Shown piece by piece: positions 46,746 through 57,434 of a stretch of DNA of 64,000 nt. The DNA is from a virus, in IMG/VR virus record IMGVR_UViG_3300033064_001806, positions 32,001-96,000 of that record. One strand, 5' to 3'. The translations under genes were made by a program, and so were the position numbers. The notes beneath the pieces were generated by a model, which was not told the origin of the DNA, searched no databases, and saw only the letters and a list, made by a program, of their open reading frames with translations. How positions within the stretch are numbered: position 1 is the first letter of the stretch; each line of letters begins with the position of its first letter.

Positions 46746-47649
46746 TAAAAAAATATCATTTTCACAATATCAAATGTGGAAAGGTTGTTCTCACCGATGG
46801 AAACTTGTTTACAAAGATAAGGTTGGTATTTTTACCCCAAACATAGCAATGTTGTTTGGAACGGTAATGCATGAAGTTCTACAAGAATATGTAAAGACTA
46901 TATATGAAAAGTCAATAAATGAAGCTAATGCCTTAGAATTAGATACTATGCTTCAGAATGGTTTGAAGGAACATTATAAAAAAATACTTACTGAAACAAA
47001 TGGTGTACATTTCTCAAATCAAAATGAACTTGCTGAGTATTGTAATGATGGTATTGAAATTCTAAAATGGTTCAAGGCACATAGAGCAGACTTCTTCTTA
47101 AAGAAAGATTATGAGTTAGTTGGAATAGAATTACCTATTAATATAATTCCACTTGAAACTCATTCAACTGTAAGACTTGTTGGATTTTTGGATTTGGTAA
47201 TAAAGAATACAAAAACAGATGAGATTTATATTTACGATTTCAAAACAAGTACTGGTGGATGGGGTAAATATCAAAAGAATGATAAAGCAAAAGTATCGCA
47301 ACTTGTTTTGTATAAAACATATTACGCAAAACAATACAATGTTAGTCCAGAAAATATTCACATTGAATATCTTATTCTAAGAAGAAAGATACGGGAAGAT
47401 GCTGAATATGAAGTAATGAAAAAAAGAGTTCAACGATTTGAACCATCGCACGGAAAAGTTTCTCAGAATCAAATTCAAAAAGAAATACACGAATTTATAA
47501 CCACCAACTTTACAGAAGACGGTGAATTTAAGTTAGATGTTGTTTATACACCAGAAGGTGGTAATGACTATTATAATTGTAAATTTTGTGATTTCAACAA
47601 GTCTGAAGAACTATGTCCAAAAGAAAAAAGAAATACCCTACCGTTCTAA
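46738..47649 (+). CDS. PD-(D/E)XK nuclease (RecB/Cas4-like)
   Basis: ISFSQ, FGT.MH, GFLD, IYDFKT, QL.LY, C..CDF...C. Confidence 0.85.
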   Translation: MSDKKISFSQYQMWKGCSHRWKLVYKDKVGIFTPNIAMLFGTVMHEVLQEYVKTIYEKSINEANALELDTMLQNGLKEHYKKILTETNGVHFSNQNELAEYCNDGIEILKWFKAHRADFFLKKDYELVGIELPINIIPLETHSTVRLVGFLDLVIKNTKTDEIYIYDFKTSTGGWGKYQKNDKAKVSQLVLYKTYYAKQYNVSPENIHIEYLILRRKIREDAEYEVMKKRVQRFEPSHGKVSQNQIQKEIHEFITTNFTEDGEFKLDVVYTPEGGNDYYNCKFCDFNKSEELCPKEKRNTLPF

Positions 47650-47650
47650 A

Positions 47651-47705
47651 ATATTTTCTACTATTTTCTACTGTTTTCTATAATTAGTACATACTTATGT
47701 ATGTA
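47651..47705 (+). promoter_or_regulatory. Three 10-bp tandem repeats (candidate operator) plus an ATACTTAT motif in a 7-bp hairpin
   Basis: atattttcta / ctattttcta / ctgttttcta; tacatac-ttat-gtatgta. Confidence 0.65.
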
Positions 47706-47734
47706 TGGAATTCATATAAACATTGGAGAAAATC

Positions 47735-47893
47735 GTGGATGAAAAATCAAAATATTCAAGTATTCAAATTAGAATGCGAATAAAAGAAGAAATGTTAAAT
47801 TACTGTAACAGTAATGGATACAAAGTTAGTGGTCTTTTAGAAAAACTAATTCAGAATCACCTATCGGGAAGTTACGTTACGAATACTATATAA
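47735..47893 (+). CDS. Ribbon-helix-helix-like small regulator, not in the ORF track
   Basis: GTG start after ggag; MDEKSKYSSIQIRMRIKEEMLNYCNSNGYKVSGLLEKLI: alternating beta strand, helix, G.K.S turn, helix. Confidence 0.65.
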   Translation: MDEKSKYSSIQIRMRIKEEMLNYCNSNGYKVSGLLEKLIQNHLSGSYVTNTI

Positions 47894-47918
47894 GTATATT
47901 ATTAATAAAAGGTTATGT

Positions 47919-49349
47919 ATGGCAAAGAAAAAGATACTATTATTATCAGATGATTTAAGATTAACATCTGGAATTGCAACTGTGTCTCGTGATTTAGTTC
48001 TCGGCACAGTAAGAGATTTTGATTGGGTGCAAGTTGGTGCAGCAATTAATCATCCAGATAAAGGTAAAATATTTGATTTATCACAAGATGCTAAAGAACG
48101 AAGCGGTGATGATACGGCAAATATAAAAATATATTGTAACGATGGATATGGTGATCCATTTCTTATTCGTAGAATAATGGATGCGGAAAAACCAGACGCT
48201 ATATTACATTTTACAGACCCAAGATTTTGGGGATGGTTATATAACATGGAACATGAGATTCGTAAAAAAATGCCGTTGATGTATTTGAATATATGGGACG
48301 GTGCAGGATTGGTTGGTGATACAGCAACAGACCCTATGTGGAATAAAGAAGCGTATGCTAGTTGTGATTTATTACTGGCAATTTCAAAACAAACATACGG
48401 TATTAATTACAGAGTGTTGAAAAAATTCGGTGAAGAAGTTCCAAAGCATAGAATAACTTATATTCCGCATGGAATAGATACTGATATATTTTATCCTATA
48501 AATGAAGCATCAACCGATAATCAATGGAATGAATTACAAGAAGAACGTAATAAACTTCGTAATGGCAATGATGATAAGTTCGTTGTTATGTGGAACAACC
48601 GAAACATTCACCGTAAGCATCCAGGTGATGTTGTTCTTGCTTATAAACATTTCTGTCAACTTGTAGATAAAAACGGTGGGAATGCTGCAGAAGATTGTGT
48701 ATTACTAATGCACACCCAACCCATGGATCCAAATGGAACAGACTTAGTTGCTTTAGTTGGTGAACTTTGTGGTGAGTATACTGTTTTATTTGACGATAAA
48801 ATAGTTCCATCTACAAAATTAAATGTTCTATATAATGCAGTTGATGTTGTTCTTAACATGGCTTCAAATGAAGGTTTTGGTTTAGGAACAGCAGAAGCAC
48901 TTGCAGCAGGTACTCCGATTGTAGTAAACGTTACCGGTGGGTTACAAGACCAATGTGGTTTTATAAATCCAACAACTGGTAAATACTTTACAGAAGATGA
49001 TTATTTGAAAATACATACACTCCATAGAAAAGATGAATGGGGACATTTAGAACATGGTGAGTGGGTCAAACCAGTTTGGCCATCAAACATTTCATTACAA
49101 GGTTCAGTACCAACTCCTTATATTTTTGATGATAGAGCAGATTTTAGAGATATTGGAAAAGCGTTGTATGATTGGTACATAACTTCAAAGGAAGAAAGAA
49201 CATTTGCAGGATTAAAGGGAAGAGAATTTATTATGAATGTAGAAGTTGGCATGTCAAGAAATAATATGTGTGAGCGAATTTCAACAAGTATCAACGATAC
49301 ATTTGAAAATTTCGTACCACGAAAAAGTTTTGAATTACATTTAGTGTGA
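47919..49349 (+). CDS. GT4-family glycosyltransferase
   Basis: SG...V, IPHG.D, RN..RK, EGFGL...EA.A.GTP. Confidence 0.9.
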   Translation: MAKKKILLLSDDLRLTSGIATVSRDLVLGTVRDFDWVQVGAAINHPDKGKIFDLSQDAKERSGDDTANIKIYCNDGYGDPFLIRRIMDAEKPDAILHFTDPRFWGWLYNMEHEIRKKMPLMYLNIWDGAGLVGDTATDPMWNKEAYASCDLLLAISKQTYGINYRVLKKFGEEVPKHRITYIPHGIDTDIFYPINEASTDNQWNELQEERNKLRNGNDDKFVVMWNNRNIHRKHPGDVVLAYKHFCQLVDKNGGNAAEDCVLLMHTQPMDPNGTDLVALVGELCGEYTVLFDDKIVPSTKLNVLYNAVDVVLNMASNEGFGLGTAEALAAGTPIVVNVTGGLQDQCGFINPTTGKYFTEDDYLKIHTLHRKDEWGHLEHGEWVKPVWPSNISLQGSVPTPYIFDDRADFRDIGKALYDWYITSKEERTFAGLKGREFIMNVEVGMSRNNMCERISTSINDTFENFVPRKSFELHLV

Positions 49350-49356
49350 GGAAATA

Positions 49357-50658
49357 ATGAGTTATAGACCAAAATTAGCTTTTTGTGGACCAGTTACAAC
49401 TATGAGTGGTTATGGTTCTCATGCGAGAGATTTACTTTTATCACTTATAGAAATGGATAAGTTTGATATACAAGTAATATCAATAAATTGGGGCGATACA
49501 CCCATGGATGTATTGGATTCAGATAATGTAGATATGAAAAAAATTAAAGATTTAATAATTCCAGGTTTACAATCACAGCCAGACATTTGGATGCAATGCA
49601 CTATTCCAAATGAATTCCAAGCAGTTGGTAAATATAATGTTGGAATTACAGCAGGTGTGGAGACTGATGCTTGTTCTCCCGAGTGGGTTGATGGTTGTAA
49701 TCGTATGAACTTGATTATTGTTCCATCCAAACACGCTAAGTGGGTATTTGATAATACTCAATACGATAAAATGGATAAACAAACAAATCAGAAAATAGGA
49801 AGTCTTAAAATAACTACACCAGTTGAAGTCTTACATGAAGGTGTTAGAACTGATATATACAACAAGGATAATACTTTAGAAAAAAATATAACAGAAGTAT
49901 TAGATTTGATTCCAAACAATTTCGTATATTTGTTTGTTGGACATTGGCTTAAAGGAGACTTCGGTCAAGATAGAAAAGATATTTCTGGACTGATTTACAC
50001 TTTCTGCGAAACATTTGGTGATACAGTAAATCCACCAGCACTTCTTTTGAAATGCACAAGTGGAACATTCTCTGTCTCGGATAGAAGTAGAGTAATGGAT
50101 AAAATAAATCTTATTAAGCGAATGAGTAAAAAGAAAAATCTACCAGAGATTTATTTACTTCACGGTGAATTAACTGATAATGAAATGAATTCTCTTTACA
50201 ATCATAAGAAAGTAAAGACGATGGTTTCATTTACGAAGGGTGAAGGGTATGGTAGACCAATTGCAGAATTTATGGCGTCTGGTAAACCTATTATCGTTTC
50301 GGGTTGGAGTGGACACATGGATTTTATAAATGAGAAATCTCATATTCCATTAAAAGGCACTCTATTAGAAGTTCATCCAAGTGCGGTTTGGGATACAATT
50401 ATAAATAAAGGAACACGCTGGTTTACAGTAGATTATCAATCTGCAGCAGAAACTATGAATAAAGTTCATAAAAATTATAATAAATACTTACAAAATTCTA
50501 AAATAGGTATTCGTGAACTAAAAAGTATTTGGTCATATAGTTCTATGTGTAGAAAATTTGAAACTATGTTAGATGAAAAACTACCAAAGTTTGCAGACAG
50601 AATTGCTCTTAGTTTACCTAAACTTAAAAAAATTAGTAGTCCAGGGGAAACTAAATGA
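49357..50658 (+). CDS. GT4-like glycosyltransferase
   Basis: SGYG..AR, VPS.H, RK.I, GEGYGRP..E. Confidence 0.85.
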   Translation: MSYRPKLAFCGPVTTMSGYGSHARDLLLSLIEMDKFDIQVISINWGDTPMDVLDSDNVDMKKIKDLIIPGLQSQPDIWMQCTIPNEFQAVGKYNVGITAGVETDACSPEWVDGCNRMNLIIVPSKHAKWVFDNTQYDKMDKQTNQKIGSLKITTPVEVLHEGVRTDIYNKDNTLEKNITEVLDLIPNNFVYLFVGHWLKGDFGQDRKDISGLIYTFCETFGDTVNPPALLLKCTSGTFSVSDRSRVMDKINLIKRMSKKKNLPEIYLLHGELTDNEMNSLYNHKKVKTMVSFTKGEGYGRPIAEFMASGKPIIVSGWSGHMDFINEKSHIPLKGTLLEVHPSAVWDTIINKGTRWFTVDYQSAAETMNKVHKNYNKYLQNSKIGIRELKSIWSYSSMCRKFETMLDEKLPKFADRIALSLPKLKKISSPGETK

Positions 50659-51278
50659 TTTCGTACACTATTACTGCTTGTAATGAACACACTCAGTTAA
50701 ATACTTTATTAAATTATCTTAGTTCAAGAATATCTAAAAATGATGAAATCGTGTTACAGATGGATAGTTTATCTGTAACTAACGAAGTAATAGAAGTTGT
50801 TAACCAATGTAAAGGAAAGCTACAAAACTTAATCGTTGTTGAATTTCCATTAAACAATGACTTCTCTAGCTTCAAGAATAATTTGAAAAAGCATTGTACT
50901 AAAAAATGGATTTTCAATATTGATGCAGATGAAATACCAGCTGAAAATTTAATGGTAGATATACATGAAATTCTAAACGAGAATCAAGAAGTTGATATGT
51001 TTTTAATTCCAAGATGGAATACTGTTGATGGTATAACTGAAGATCATATAAAGCAGTGGAACTGGAACTATGATAAAGAAGGTAGAGTTAATTGGCCAGA
51101 TTTACAAACAAGAATTTATAAGAATAACGAATCTATTGTTTGGAAAAACAAAGTACATGAAAGGTTGAGTGGTTTTACTACGTATGCCGTTCTACCAGAA
51201 GAAATAGAATATTGTCTGTTCCATCCCAAAACGATAGAACGTCAAGAAAAACAAAATGAATTTTATAGTCAGATATAG
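50655..51278 (+). CDS. GT2-family glycosyltransferase
   Basis: NE, IDADE, WPD.Q.R, W...VHE. Confidence 0.85.
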   Translation: MISYTITACNEHTQLNTLLNYLSSRISKNDEIVLQMDSLSVTNEVIEVVNQCKGKLQNLIVVEFPLNNDFSSFKNNLKKHCTKKWIFNIDADEIPAENLMVDIHEILNENQEVDMFLIPRWNTVDGITEDHIKQWNWNYDKEGRVNWPDLQTRIYKNNESIVWKNKVHERLSGFTTYAVLPEEIEYCLFHPKTIERQEKQNEFYSQI

Positions 51279-51286
51279 GAATTGTT

Positions 51287-52471
51287 ATGAAAAAAATACC
51301 CTTATTCAAAGTATTCATGTCTGAAACTGCACCGAAGGCAGTTACAGAAGTTCTTACAAGTGGATTCATCGGGCAAGGTCCAAAGGTAGAAGAGTTAGAA
51401 CGTAATCTAACTTCTTACTTTGGAACTACATCGTCTCAAGTTTTAACCCTTAACTCAGCAACTTCAGCAGAACATTTAATTTATCACCTCCTCAAGAAGC
51501 CATCAAGACTTACAACAACATATGATGTGGGTGAATCTTGGTACGATTGGAGAGGCTTACAAGAAGGGGATGAAGTTCTAACAACACCACTAACTTGTAC
51601 AGCTACAAATTGGCCAATATTAGCAAACGGTTTGAAAATTAAATGGGTTGATGTTGATCCAAGCACAATGAATATATCTTTAGAAGATTTGAAATTAAAG
51701 TTATCGGAAAAAACAAAGATTGTTGTTGTTGTTCATTGGGGTGGTTATCCTGTTGATTTGGTTGAACTTGAAAAAATTAGACGAGATTTTCATACTAAGT
51801 ACGGTTTTCCATTTATGATAGTAGATGATTCCGCACACGCATTTGGTTCTAAGTTGGACAACAAATTAATTGGTACATTCGATACCATTTCAACTTTCTC
51901 AATGCAAGCGATTAAACACATAACTTCAATTGATGGTGGATTCTGGTTGTGTCCTTATAGCGAGTTAAACAAACGTGGTAAGCTACAAAGGTGGTATGGT
52001 ATTGATAGAGAAGGATCAAGAGGAGATTTTAGATGTGAAAGTGATATAGAAGAGTGGGGATTTAAGTTTCACATGAATGATGTTTCTGCTGCGGTTGGTA
52101 TAGAAAATCTAAAACACGCAAATGATATAATCAGAAAACATAGAGATAACGCTGAGTTTTATAACAAAGAATTACAAAATATAAGTGGTGTAACACTATT
52201 AGAAAACTCTCCAAGAAAAAAATCTGCTTATTGGTTATATACAATGCGAGTAGAAAGGAGAGACGAGTTTATGCGTTATATGAACAATTGTGGTATTGTT
52301 ACAAGTAGAGTACATGAAAGAAACGATAAACATACTTGCGTTAAAGAATTCGTTACTGAATTACCGAATATTGAAATGGTAACTAAAGATATGATATGCA
52401 TTCCTGTTGGGTGGTGGGTTACAGAAGAGCAACGTGAATATATTGTTGATTGTATTAAGAGAGGTTGGTAA
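51287..52471 (+). CDS. DegT/DnrJ/EryC1/StrS sugar aminotransferase
   Basis: NSATSA, VHWGG, DSAHA, FS.QAIKHIT..DGG. Confidence 0.92.
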   Translation: MKKIPLFKVFMSETAPKAVTEVLTSGFIGQGPKVEELERNLTSYFGTTSSQVLTLNSATSAEHLIYHLLKKPSRLTTTYDVGESWYDWRGLQEGDEVLTTPLTCTATNWPILANGLKIKWVDVDPSTMNISLEDLKLKLSEKTKIVVVVHWGGYPVDLVELEKIRRDFHTKYGFPFMIVDDSAHAFGSKLDNKLIGTFDTISTFSMQAIKHITSIDGGFWLCPYSELNKRGKLQRWYGIDREGSRGDFRCESDIEEWGFKFHMNDVSAAVGIENLKHANDIIRKHRDNAEFYNKELQNISGVTLLENSPRKKSAYWLYTMRVERRDEFMRYMNNCGIVTSRVHERNDKHTCVKEFVTELPNIEMVTKDMICIPVGWWVTEEQREYIVDCIKRGW

Positions 52472-52698
52472 TGCAACATAATACTCCGGTAGATTTAAAA
52501 TCATCTGTTAGTGATGTTGTTGGAAATTATGTAACTCAAATAATTCATTTTATTGGTGGAGATAAAAGAACATTTCACAATATAGAATCTGCTAGTATTC
52601 GCCAAGGGCAATTCACAAAATTCAAACAAAAAGATGGCACTTGGATAATGATTAATGATAGAAATGTTTTATGTATAGAAGTTTTTAATCAGGAATAA
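52471..52698 (+). CDS. Small hypothetical protein
   Basis: ORF overlapping the stop of the aminotransferase. Confidence 0.5.
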   Translation: MQHNTPVDLKSSVSDVVGNYVTQIIHFIGGDKRTFHNIESASIRQGQFTKFKQKDGTWIMINDRNVLCIEVFNQE

Positions 52699-52700
52699 CA

Positions 52701-53267
52701 ATGATTGGATGGAATGAAGAAATAAAAAAAGAATTAGGGTACTGTGGTAATAATGTATTTATAGGACATAATGTTGTATTCACAAATCCAAAAGAAGTTT
52801 ACCTAAGTGATAATGTTAGAATAGATCCATTTACCTTAATAACAACTAAATTAAAAGTTGGAAGTTATGTTCAAATTTGTTCTCATGCAGTTCTTGGTGG
52901 TGGTGCTTCTCACACAATTACGTTAGGTGATTGGACTTTCATAGGGTATGGTTCTAAATTATTCTGTGCTTCTGAAGATTATAGTGGGGAATTTGGCCCA
53001 GTCAATGAGTTTTGGGGAAGTAATAAAATATTCAGAGGTGATATTACGTTGAGTAATCACTCAGGTATTGCTTCCGATACAATGTTATTTCCAGGTGTTC
53101 ATCTTCCAGAAGGATGTACAATCGGTGCTAAAAGTTTTGTTTATCCTAAAGTTGAACTAACCGAATGGAGTGTTTGGATTGGAAATCCTTTGAAGTTTCA
53201 TAAAACAAGAAACAAAGAGAACGTACTTAAATTTGCACAAGATGATGAATTTTTAAAGAAACATTAG
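52701..53267 (+). CDS. Left-handed beta-helix acyltransferase
   Basis: Hexapeptide repeats; C-terminal GNP. Confidence 0.85.
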   Translation: MIGWNEEIKKELGYCGNNVFIGHNVVFTNPKEVYLSDNVRIDPFTLITTKLKVGSYVQICSHAVLGGGASHTITLGDWTFIGYGSKLFCASEDYSGEFGPVNEFWGSNKIFRGDITLSNHSGIASDTMLFPGVHLPEGCTIGAKSFVYPKVELTEWSVWIGNPLKFHKTRNKENVLKFAQDDEFLKKH

Positions 53268-53277
53268 AATAAAATAT

Positions 53278-54024
53278 ATGAAGTGTTGTAAAGTAATATG
53301 CTTTTGGTTTGGTTGGAGAAGAAAAAGTAGTAATAATGTTGAGAATATTACTCAGCTAGTTCCTGCAATAATAGATACGGAACTTAATATAGAAAATGGA
53401 ATTGATACTGATGTTTTGTTTGTTGTGAATAAATCTAATACAGAACTAGATAACTCACTTGATCAGTATGAAGGAATGAAAACAAAGAATGGTACTATTA
53501 AAGTTATTAAACGAGATAACATTGGTTTGTCATTTGGTGCATATCTTACAACATTTTCAAAATTGAAAGATGAATATGATTATTGGTTTTTCTCTGAAGA
53601 TGATGTAATAATTTATCACGAAAATTATATGAAATCATTCGTAGATTTTTGGGAAAAAAATAAAGAGCAATTGGGATTTATCGCTTTAGCACCTATAAGT
53701 AATTACGGAAAATTACATTGTGGTGGTGGATGTGGATTGGTTTCTACCGATTGGATGAAACAAACATATACTGATTCTGATATAGACCGTATTATAGATT
53801 CGTATTCCAAGTTTGAAGAACAGTATGATATTGCAGATTCTACATTGGGTAGTGAAAATGTGGAGATACGTTTTTCAAATGCATTTGTTCACGATGGAAA
53901 AACTATAATGAATCATTCCGAATATTCACCACTCGCAGCTAATTACAGACACCATAATAGTCAAAGAGCGTTTGAAAGCGCAGAGAATTTAAGTAAAACT
54001 TTTATATACACAGTTGGGGATTGA
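53278..54024 (+). CDS. Putative GT-A-fold glycosyltransferase
   Basis: R.N.G.SFGAY, YWFFSEDD. Confidence 0.6.
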   Translation: MKCCKVICFWFGWRRKSSNNVENITQLVPAIIDTELNIENGIDTDVLFVVNKSNTELDNSLDQYEGMKTKNGTIKVIKRDNIGLSFGAYLTTFSKLKDEYDYWFFSEDDVIIYHENYMKSFVDFWEKNKEQLGFIALAPISNYGKLHCGGGCGLVSTDWMKQTYTDSDIDRIIDSYSKFEEQYDIADSTLGSENVEIRFSNAFVHDGKTIMNHSEYSPLAANYRHHNSQRAFESAENLSKTFIYTVGD

Positions 54025-54025
54025 T

Positions 54026-54898
54026 ATGAAAAATTATTTCACAGAAAAAACAGCAATGGATATTCCTTGGATTGAATCTCCTTTTTTTGAAAAAATATTA
54101 AACAATTCAGATTACACTGAAGAAGAAAGAGAAACTTTAATAAAGTATAATAAAGATGGGTATATTGTAATTGATTTAGAATTAGATGATAATTTTATTA
54201 GTAATTTAATTAGTGGCGTTCAAGATGAATTAAATAAATTACCAACTCAAGATTCAAGATACCACTACTCAGATTCACCTAGAGTTTTTGAAGCATGGAG
54301 AATTAACCCGTATGTTTTAGATTTAGCAAAGCATCCTAAGATATTGAAAACACTTGAGTTTCTTTATAATAAAAAACCAGTTCCGTTTCAAACTATAAAT
54401 TTTTTGAAGGGTAGTAATCAACCATTACATCAAGACTCTATTCATTTTTATACTCAACCGGAAAGATGGATGGTTGGAACTTGGACTGCGTTAGAAGATA
54501 TGAGTGAACTAAATGGTCCATTGAATATAGTACCAGGTAGTCACAGACATCCACATTACAACTTTCAAAACTTAAATTTACCAGTGGTTGAGTTTGGAAA
54601 TCAATTTGAAAATTACGCTGAGTATGAAAACTTTCTTATTCATTTAGTAGAAACAATGAGTGAGAACAAGAAACAATGGATAGGTAAAAAAGGTCAAACA
54701 TTAATTTGGGCTGCTAATTTATTACACGGCGGTGCTGAAATTATTGATAAAAATTTAACACGTCATTCACAGGCTACTCATTTTTACTTTGAAGGTTGTA
54801 ACCATTACTACTCTCCTTTATTCTCAGACGCTACTAACGGAATATATTCAGATAAAGACTTAACAAACAAAGATATATTAAATCATATAATTGGGTGA
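54026..54898 (+). CDS. Phytanoyl-CoA dioxygenase-family 2OG-Fe(II) oxygenase
   Basis: HQD, W.ALED, NGPL..PGSH, LLHGG, R.S. Confidence 0.9.
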   Translation: MKNYFTEKTAMDIPWIESPFFEKILNNSDYTEEERETLIKYNKDGYIVIDLELDDNFISNLISGVQDELNKLPTQDSRYHYSDSPRVFEAWRINPYVLDLAKHPKILKTLEFLYNKKPVPFQTINFLKGSNQPLHQDSIHFYTQPERWMVGTWTALEDMSELNGPLNIVPGSHRHPHYNFQNLNLPVVEFGNQFENYAEYENFLIHLVETMSENKKQWIGKKGQTLIWAANLLHGGAEIIDKNLTRHSQATHFYFEGCNHYYSPLFSDATNGIYSDKDLTNKDILNHIIG

Positions 54899-54901
54899 TG
54901 T

Positions 54902-55543
54902 ATGGCAAAGATAGTTTTTTTAGGCGGTACAGGTGGACTTGGTTCAAAAGTTATAGAACATTTAGGAACACATACTATAAAGCCAGTTGGTTCTAGGTTG
55001 GTTAATCTTGAAGAAGAATTAGAAATACAAAAATACTTTAACAGTAATACAGATTTAGATGTACTTGTTATTTTTTCCAATTATAACTTTAATTCTTTCC
55101 TGCATAAGTACAAAGAAAATCAACAAGAGTTAAACAAACAGATAGCAATAAATATTGGAGGTGTTACTACTTGTATAGCAAACGCACTACCAAATATGAG
55201 AGAAAGAAATTTCGGTAGAATAATCCTTGCTTCAAGTATAACGGTTGATAATAATGTTATTGGTACATCCTTATATGCAGCAGCAAAAGCATACTATGAA
55301 AATATTGTAAAAACAATTTGTATTGAAAATGCACAAAAAGGAATAACTGCAAACTGCATTCAGTTGGGGTATATGGACGGTGGATTAACATATACATTGG
55401 AAGAAGAATTTCTAAAGAGTACTATTAAATCAATACCTACTAAAAGACTTGGTACACCAGAAGAAATAGCAATGACTATTGAATTTCTAATAAATAATCC
55501 GTATATTAATGGGACTACTATTAAATTAACAGGTGGTTTATAA
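54902..55543 (+). CDS. Short-chain dehydrogenase/reductase
   Basis: GGTGGLG, YAAAK, G..I...GG. Confidence 0.9.
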   Translation: MAKIVFLGGTGGLGSKVIEHLGTHTIKPVGSRLVNLEEELEIQKYFNSNTDLDVLVIFSNYNFNSFLHKYKENQQELNKQIAINIGGVTTCIANALPNMRERNFGRIILASSITVDNNVIGTSLYAAAKAYYENIVKTICIENAQKGITANCIQLGYMDGGLTYTLEEEFLKSTIKSIPTKRLGTPEEIAMTIEFLINNPYINGTTIKLTGGL

Positions 55544-56520
55544 TGTTGTATTATCGTATACTAGATGATAAAGTTGTAGTGACGGATGAAGTTCATTACT
55601 TATTGTTTTCCAAAGAAGATAAAGAAAAACATTCTGTTCCAGGATTACCAGACGATTATGATGGATGGTTTCCTTTTTTAAGAATGTGCCACACTATTGG
55701 AGATTACGCAATAACAAGTGGAATCTTTGAAGCGTTGAAAACAAAATATCCTAAGATACAAATAGCGTTACCAACTGATGAATATTTATTTAAGTTTTTT
55801 GGTGAAGCGGGTTTGGAATATTATTCATCTGGAACTAATAATGGTTTACAAAATTTTCATATTGTTAATGCTAATAATCCACATATAGATTATTATTATA
55901 ACTTCGGAGAATTTGAAAATATATTTACAGATCACGAAAGATGTTATACGAGTTTAGTTAAAAGACCAAATGGTGATATTCGTTCATGTGATGAACCTTT
56001 AGCAGAGCAAATACTTCGTAGGTTTGGGTTCACAGAAGAAGAGTTAAAAACCATTGATAGCAGACCTAAGTTATACTTTTCCAATGAAGAAAAAGAAAAG
56101 GGTGATGCATTTATTAAATCACATATGGGAAATTCTGAGTATGGTTGTTTATTATTTTCTGCAAGAATAGAAGAGTATCGTAATGAATGGGAATACGATA
56201 CTGAGTTATTCAATGCGTCTGAACAATATTCCGATTATCCTGTGTTTTATTATGCCAACGCTTTTGATTTAGAAACAACAAAGTGGAAGAAACGATTTAA
56301 TACTGCTATTGATTTCTCTAAAACAGATTTAACAATACGTGAACAACTTTATGTTAAGAGTAAAGCAAAATTTAATATCGGTTATCAAGCAGGAGTTACC
56401 GATGCAATATCAGGAACAAATACAGAATGTCATGTTCTAACTCCATACTATAACATTGCGGAATGTTGTATTAGAGGAGTTACTTATTATTTCTCAGACG
56501 GTTCAATTAAAAGGTTTTAA
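55543..56520 (+). CDS. GT9-like glycosyltransferase, paralog 1
   Basis: LR....IGD......LK.KYP, NP.ID, P.LYF. Confidence 0.6.
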   Translation: MLYYRILDDKVVVTDEVHYLLFSKEDKEKHSVPGLPDDYDGWFPFLRMCHTIGDYAITSGIFEALKTKYPKIQIALPTDEYLFKFFGEAGLEYYSSGTNNGLQNFHIVNANNPHIDYYYNFGEFENIFTDHERCYTSLVKRPNGDIRSCDEPLAEQILRRFGFTEEELKTIDSRPKLYFSNEEKEKGDAFIKSHMGNSEYGCLLFSARIEEYRNEWEYDTELFNASEQYSDYPVFYYANAFDLETTKWKKRFNTAIDFSKTDLTIREQLYVKSKAKFNIGYQAGVTDAISGTNTECHVLTPYYNIAECCIRGVTYYFSDGSIKRF

Positions 56521-56522
56521 TT

Positions 56523-57434
56523 ATGGCGATTTTTTATAGAATATATGATAACACAATTAGACACGCATTTGAAACTGACAAACTTGGTTTTGATGTAAAT
56601 GATCCATCTTATATACCAGATGAATATTTAGAAAATAAAAAGTTCATTGTATTAAGAACTTGTAACTCATTGGGTGATTGGGGAATTATATCAGCAATGC
56701 CTCGATTGTTAAAGAAGAAATATCCAGATTGCGAAGTGTATGTACCATCTGTTAATTTATTAACTAATATGTTTGCAGGTAGAAACACATGGAATCAATG
56801 GAATAATCCATTTGAGAATGTTGAGCAAATATTTCATAACAATCCATGGGTTGATGGATTCATAGATAATATAGATGATGAAGTTTTCCACGATCATTAT
56901 AGAATATATGATTTAGATAATCCAGAAGTGCCACTTGTAAAACAAATGTTAAAGTTTTGGCAATTCACAGATTCAGAAATGGAAGATTATTTACCAGAGA
57001 TTTATTTCACACAGGAAGAAATACAATTAGGAAATGAAATAATAAATTCTTATATTGGTGGAAATGAGTTTGGATCATTGTTATTGGCTAATACTACACA
57101 AGATTTTTATGACGATAATATAAATGAATTACTTATTAGTGCTTTAGAATTATACAAAGATTTACCTTTCTTCTATTATGGAAGTAAAGACATAAATGAA
57201 ACTATGTTTAATTTTGTTAATGTTAAAGGAAACTTCAAGGATATAGAAATTCCACTAAGAGTTCAGTTATATATAAAGTCAAGAGCAATTGTTAATATTG
57301 GTTATCACAGCGGTATTAATGATATATTATGTAGATACACAAATGTAATATGCACACCAATGTACCCAACGAGCAAAGAAACTATAAGAGAAAATTATTT
57401 ACACACTATAAATTATTTACGTTATGATCTTTAA
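56523..57434 (+). CDS. GT9-like glycosyltransferase, paralog 2
   Basis: LR....LGD......LK.KYP, NP.VD, P.IYF; colinear with paralog 1. Confidence 0.6.
   Translation: MAIFYRIYDNTIRHAFETDKLGFDVNDPSYIPDEYLENKKFIVLRTCNSLGDWGIISAMPRLLKKKYPDCEVYVPSVNLLTNMFAGRNTWNQWNNPFENVEQIFHNNPWVDGFIDNIDDEVFHDHYRIYDLDNPEVPLVKQMLKFWQFTDSEMEDYLPEIYFTQEEIQLGNEIINSYIGGNEFGSLLLANTTQDFYDDNINELLISALELYKDLPFFYYGSKDINETMFNFVNVKGNFKDIEIPLRVQLYIKSRAIVNIGYHSGINDILCRYTNVICTPMYPTSKETIRENYLHTINYLRYDL

Noticed and set aside
36994-47649. Eukaryotic giant virus (NCLDV) or archaeal origin suggested by PolB, RFC-like loader and GWGGR MTases
   Set aside because: Contractile tail genes, gp32/UvsX/gp41, SD sites and Bacteroidota-type promoters indicate a tailed bacteriophage.
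46738-47649. Cas4 as part of a CRISPR-Cas system
   Set aside because: Solo PD-(D/E)XK nuclease with no cas genes or array in the window.
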